DNA of 63,721 bases, filler included, from Octopus bimaculoides (Eukaryota), in assembly GCF_001194135.2 (NCBI RefSeq). It is 4 parts of 4 records of this genome, joined end to end, with 100 filler letters (N's around TTAATTAATTAA, not from the genome) between each part and the next. Parts side by side here need not be neighbours in the genome. Positions count along the whole stretch, not along the records: positions 57,973 to 63,721 come from NW_026306849.1; 3 more parts are not named here. One strand, given 5' to 3'. This document shows positions 62,951 to 63,721 of this stretch, piece by piece. The notes beneath the pieces are model-generated. The model was not told where the DNA came from and did not search any database. It was given only the letters and a program-made list of their open reading frames with translations. Numbering within the stretch: the first letter of the stretch is position 1; every line of letters starts with the position of its first letter. The translations under genes and the position numbers were made by a program.

Positions 62951-63721
62951 ATATATATCGTTTATTACTATTTTCGACCCGAGGGCTTCGAACGGGCTCG
63001 GAAAGCACAGTTGCCTCAGGCGATGCTCATGTTTATGTCTTCGTGTGCATATATGTATAAATGCATGATTATATGTTCCTTTCGGCATAATCCATTCCTT
63101 ATTCGTTCATTAAGTATGTGAGGGCATCAGTAGACATGCAAATAAATATGGATAACTTTGTGAACATCTAAAACAATCAATGCTCAGACCGAGGTAATTG
63201 ACAAATGGTTATTATATATTTCCCTTCCTATTTCCATAAAAAAAATAAAACTTGCGTATTGGGAATTAAGTTCGCAATGAAGAAAACTAGGACTAACATA
63301 TCATAAACATGCTTACAATCAGAATTCTGGACACATAATCACCTGCATTTTATGTGAAGATGTGAATTTATGCAAGCGTATGTTAATGCTTGCTATGCGT
63401 ATGTGTATGCGACAGTTGATCTATTGCTATAACAGGCTTAGCAAAACGAAAGGAAACAAGATATTTTTATGGTTATGGACAAGATTGAACAGTATCAGCT
63501 GGAGTGAAATTGAACAAAGATAGAATATTGAAATCCTATTAAGAGCACCACAGCGTATTTGTTTTCCATGATTACATATGTTAAAGATACATCAATAGGT
63601 ATCTACGCTTCCAGACCTTTTGCTCTGATATATAAACGAACAAAAATATATACACACGTACATACATGCATATACAAGCATAAATGTACGTACACACACA
63701 CACACACACACATATATTGAG

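Overview
AT-rich, gap-ridden animal genomic DNA dominated by microsatellites, tRNA-derived SINEs, RTE-, R4/Dong- and Penelope-type retroelements. The repeat landscape looks like an octopus (inference). Two host genes are recognisable on the minus strand from spliced exons. WDR44 (Rab11 effector) contributes its last two coding exons (10112-10239, 9245-9429). MOSPD1 (MSP-domain membrane protein) contributes four frame-consistent exons (41971-42068, 37527-37652, 35874-36035, 29841-29878), none of which appears in the ORF track. I did not find the 5' parts of either gene, and three 100-bp 'N44-TTAATTAATTAA-N44' scaffold-join markers cut the window into four blocks. Most interesting: a candidate small secreted, prohormone-like gene at 2153-3035 (-); an RTE LINE family with a C4HC3 PHD finger inside its reverse transcriptase region; an 18S rRNA fragment just after the YMDD-type motif of an R4-like element; Penelope-type tails with minimal hammerhead ribozyme cores; a twin-primed 5'-inverted LINE; nested LINEs; and several intronic or intergenic inverted repeats that could form dsRNA. 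Almost all long ORFs in the track are microsatellite, N-run or transposon artefacts. Exon coordinates were read base by base; repeat boundaries are approximate. All family assignments are from recognition of motifs by eye, not from database searches.
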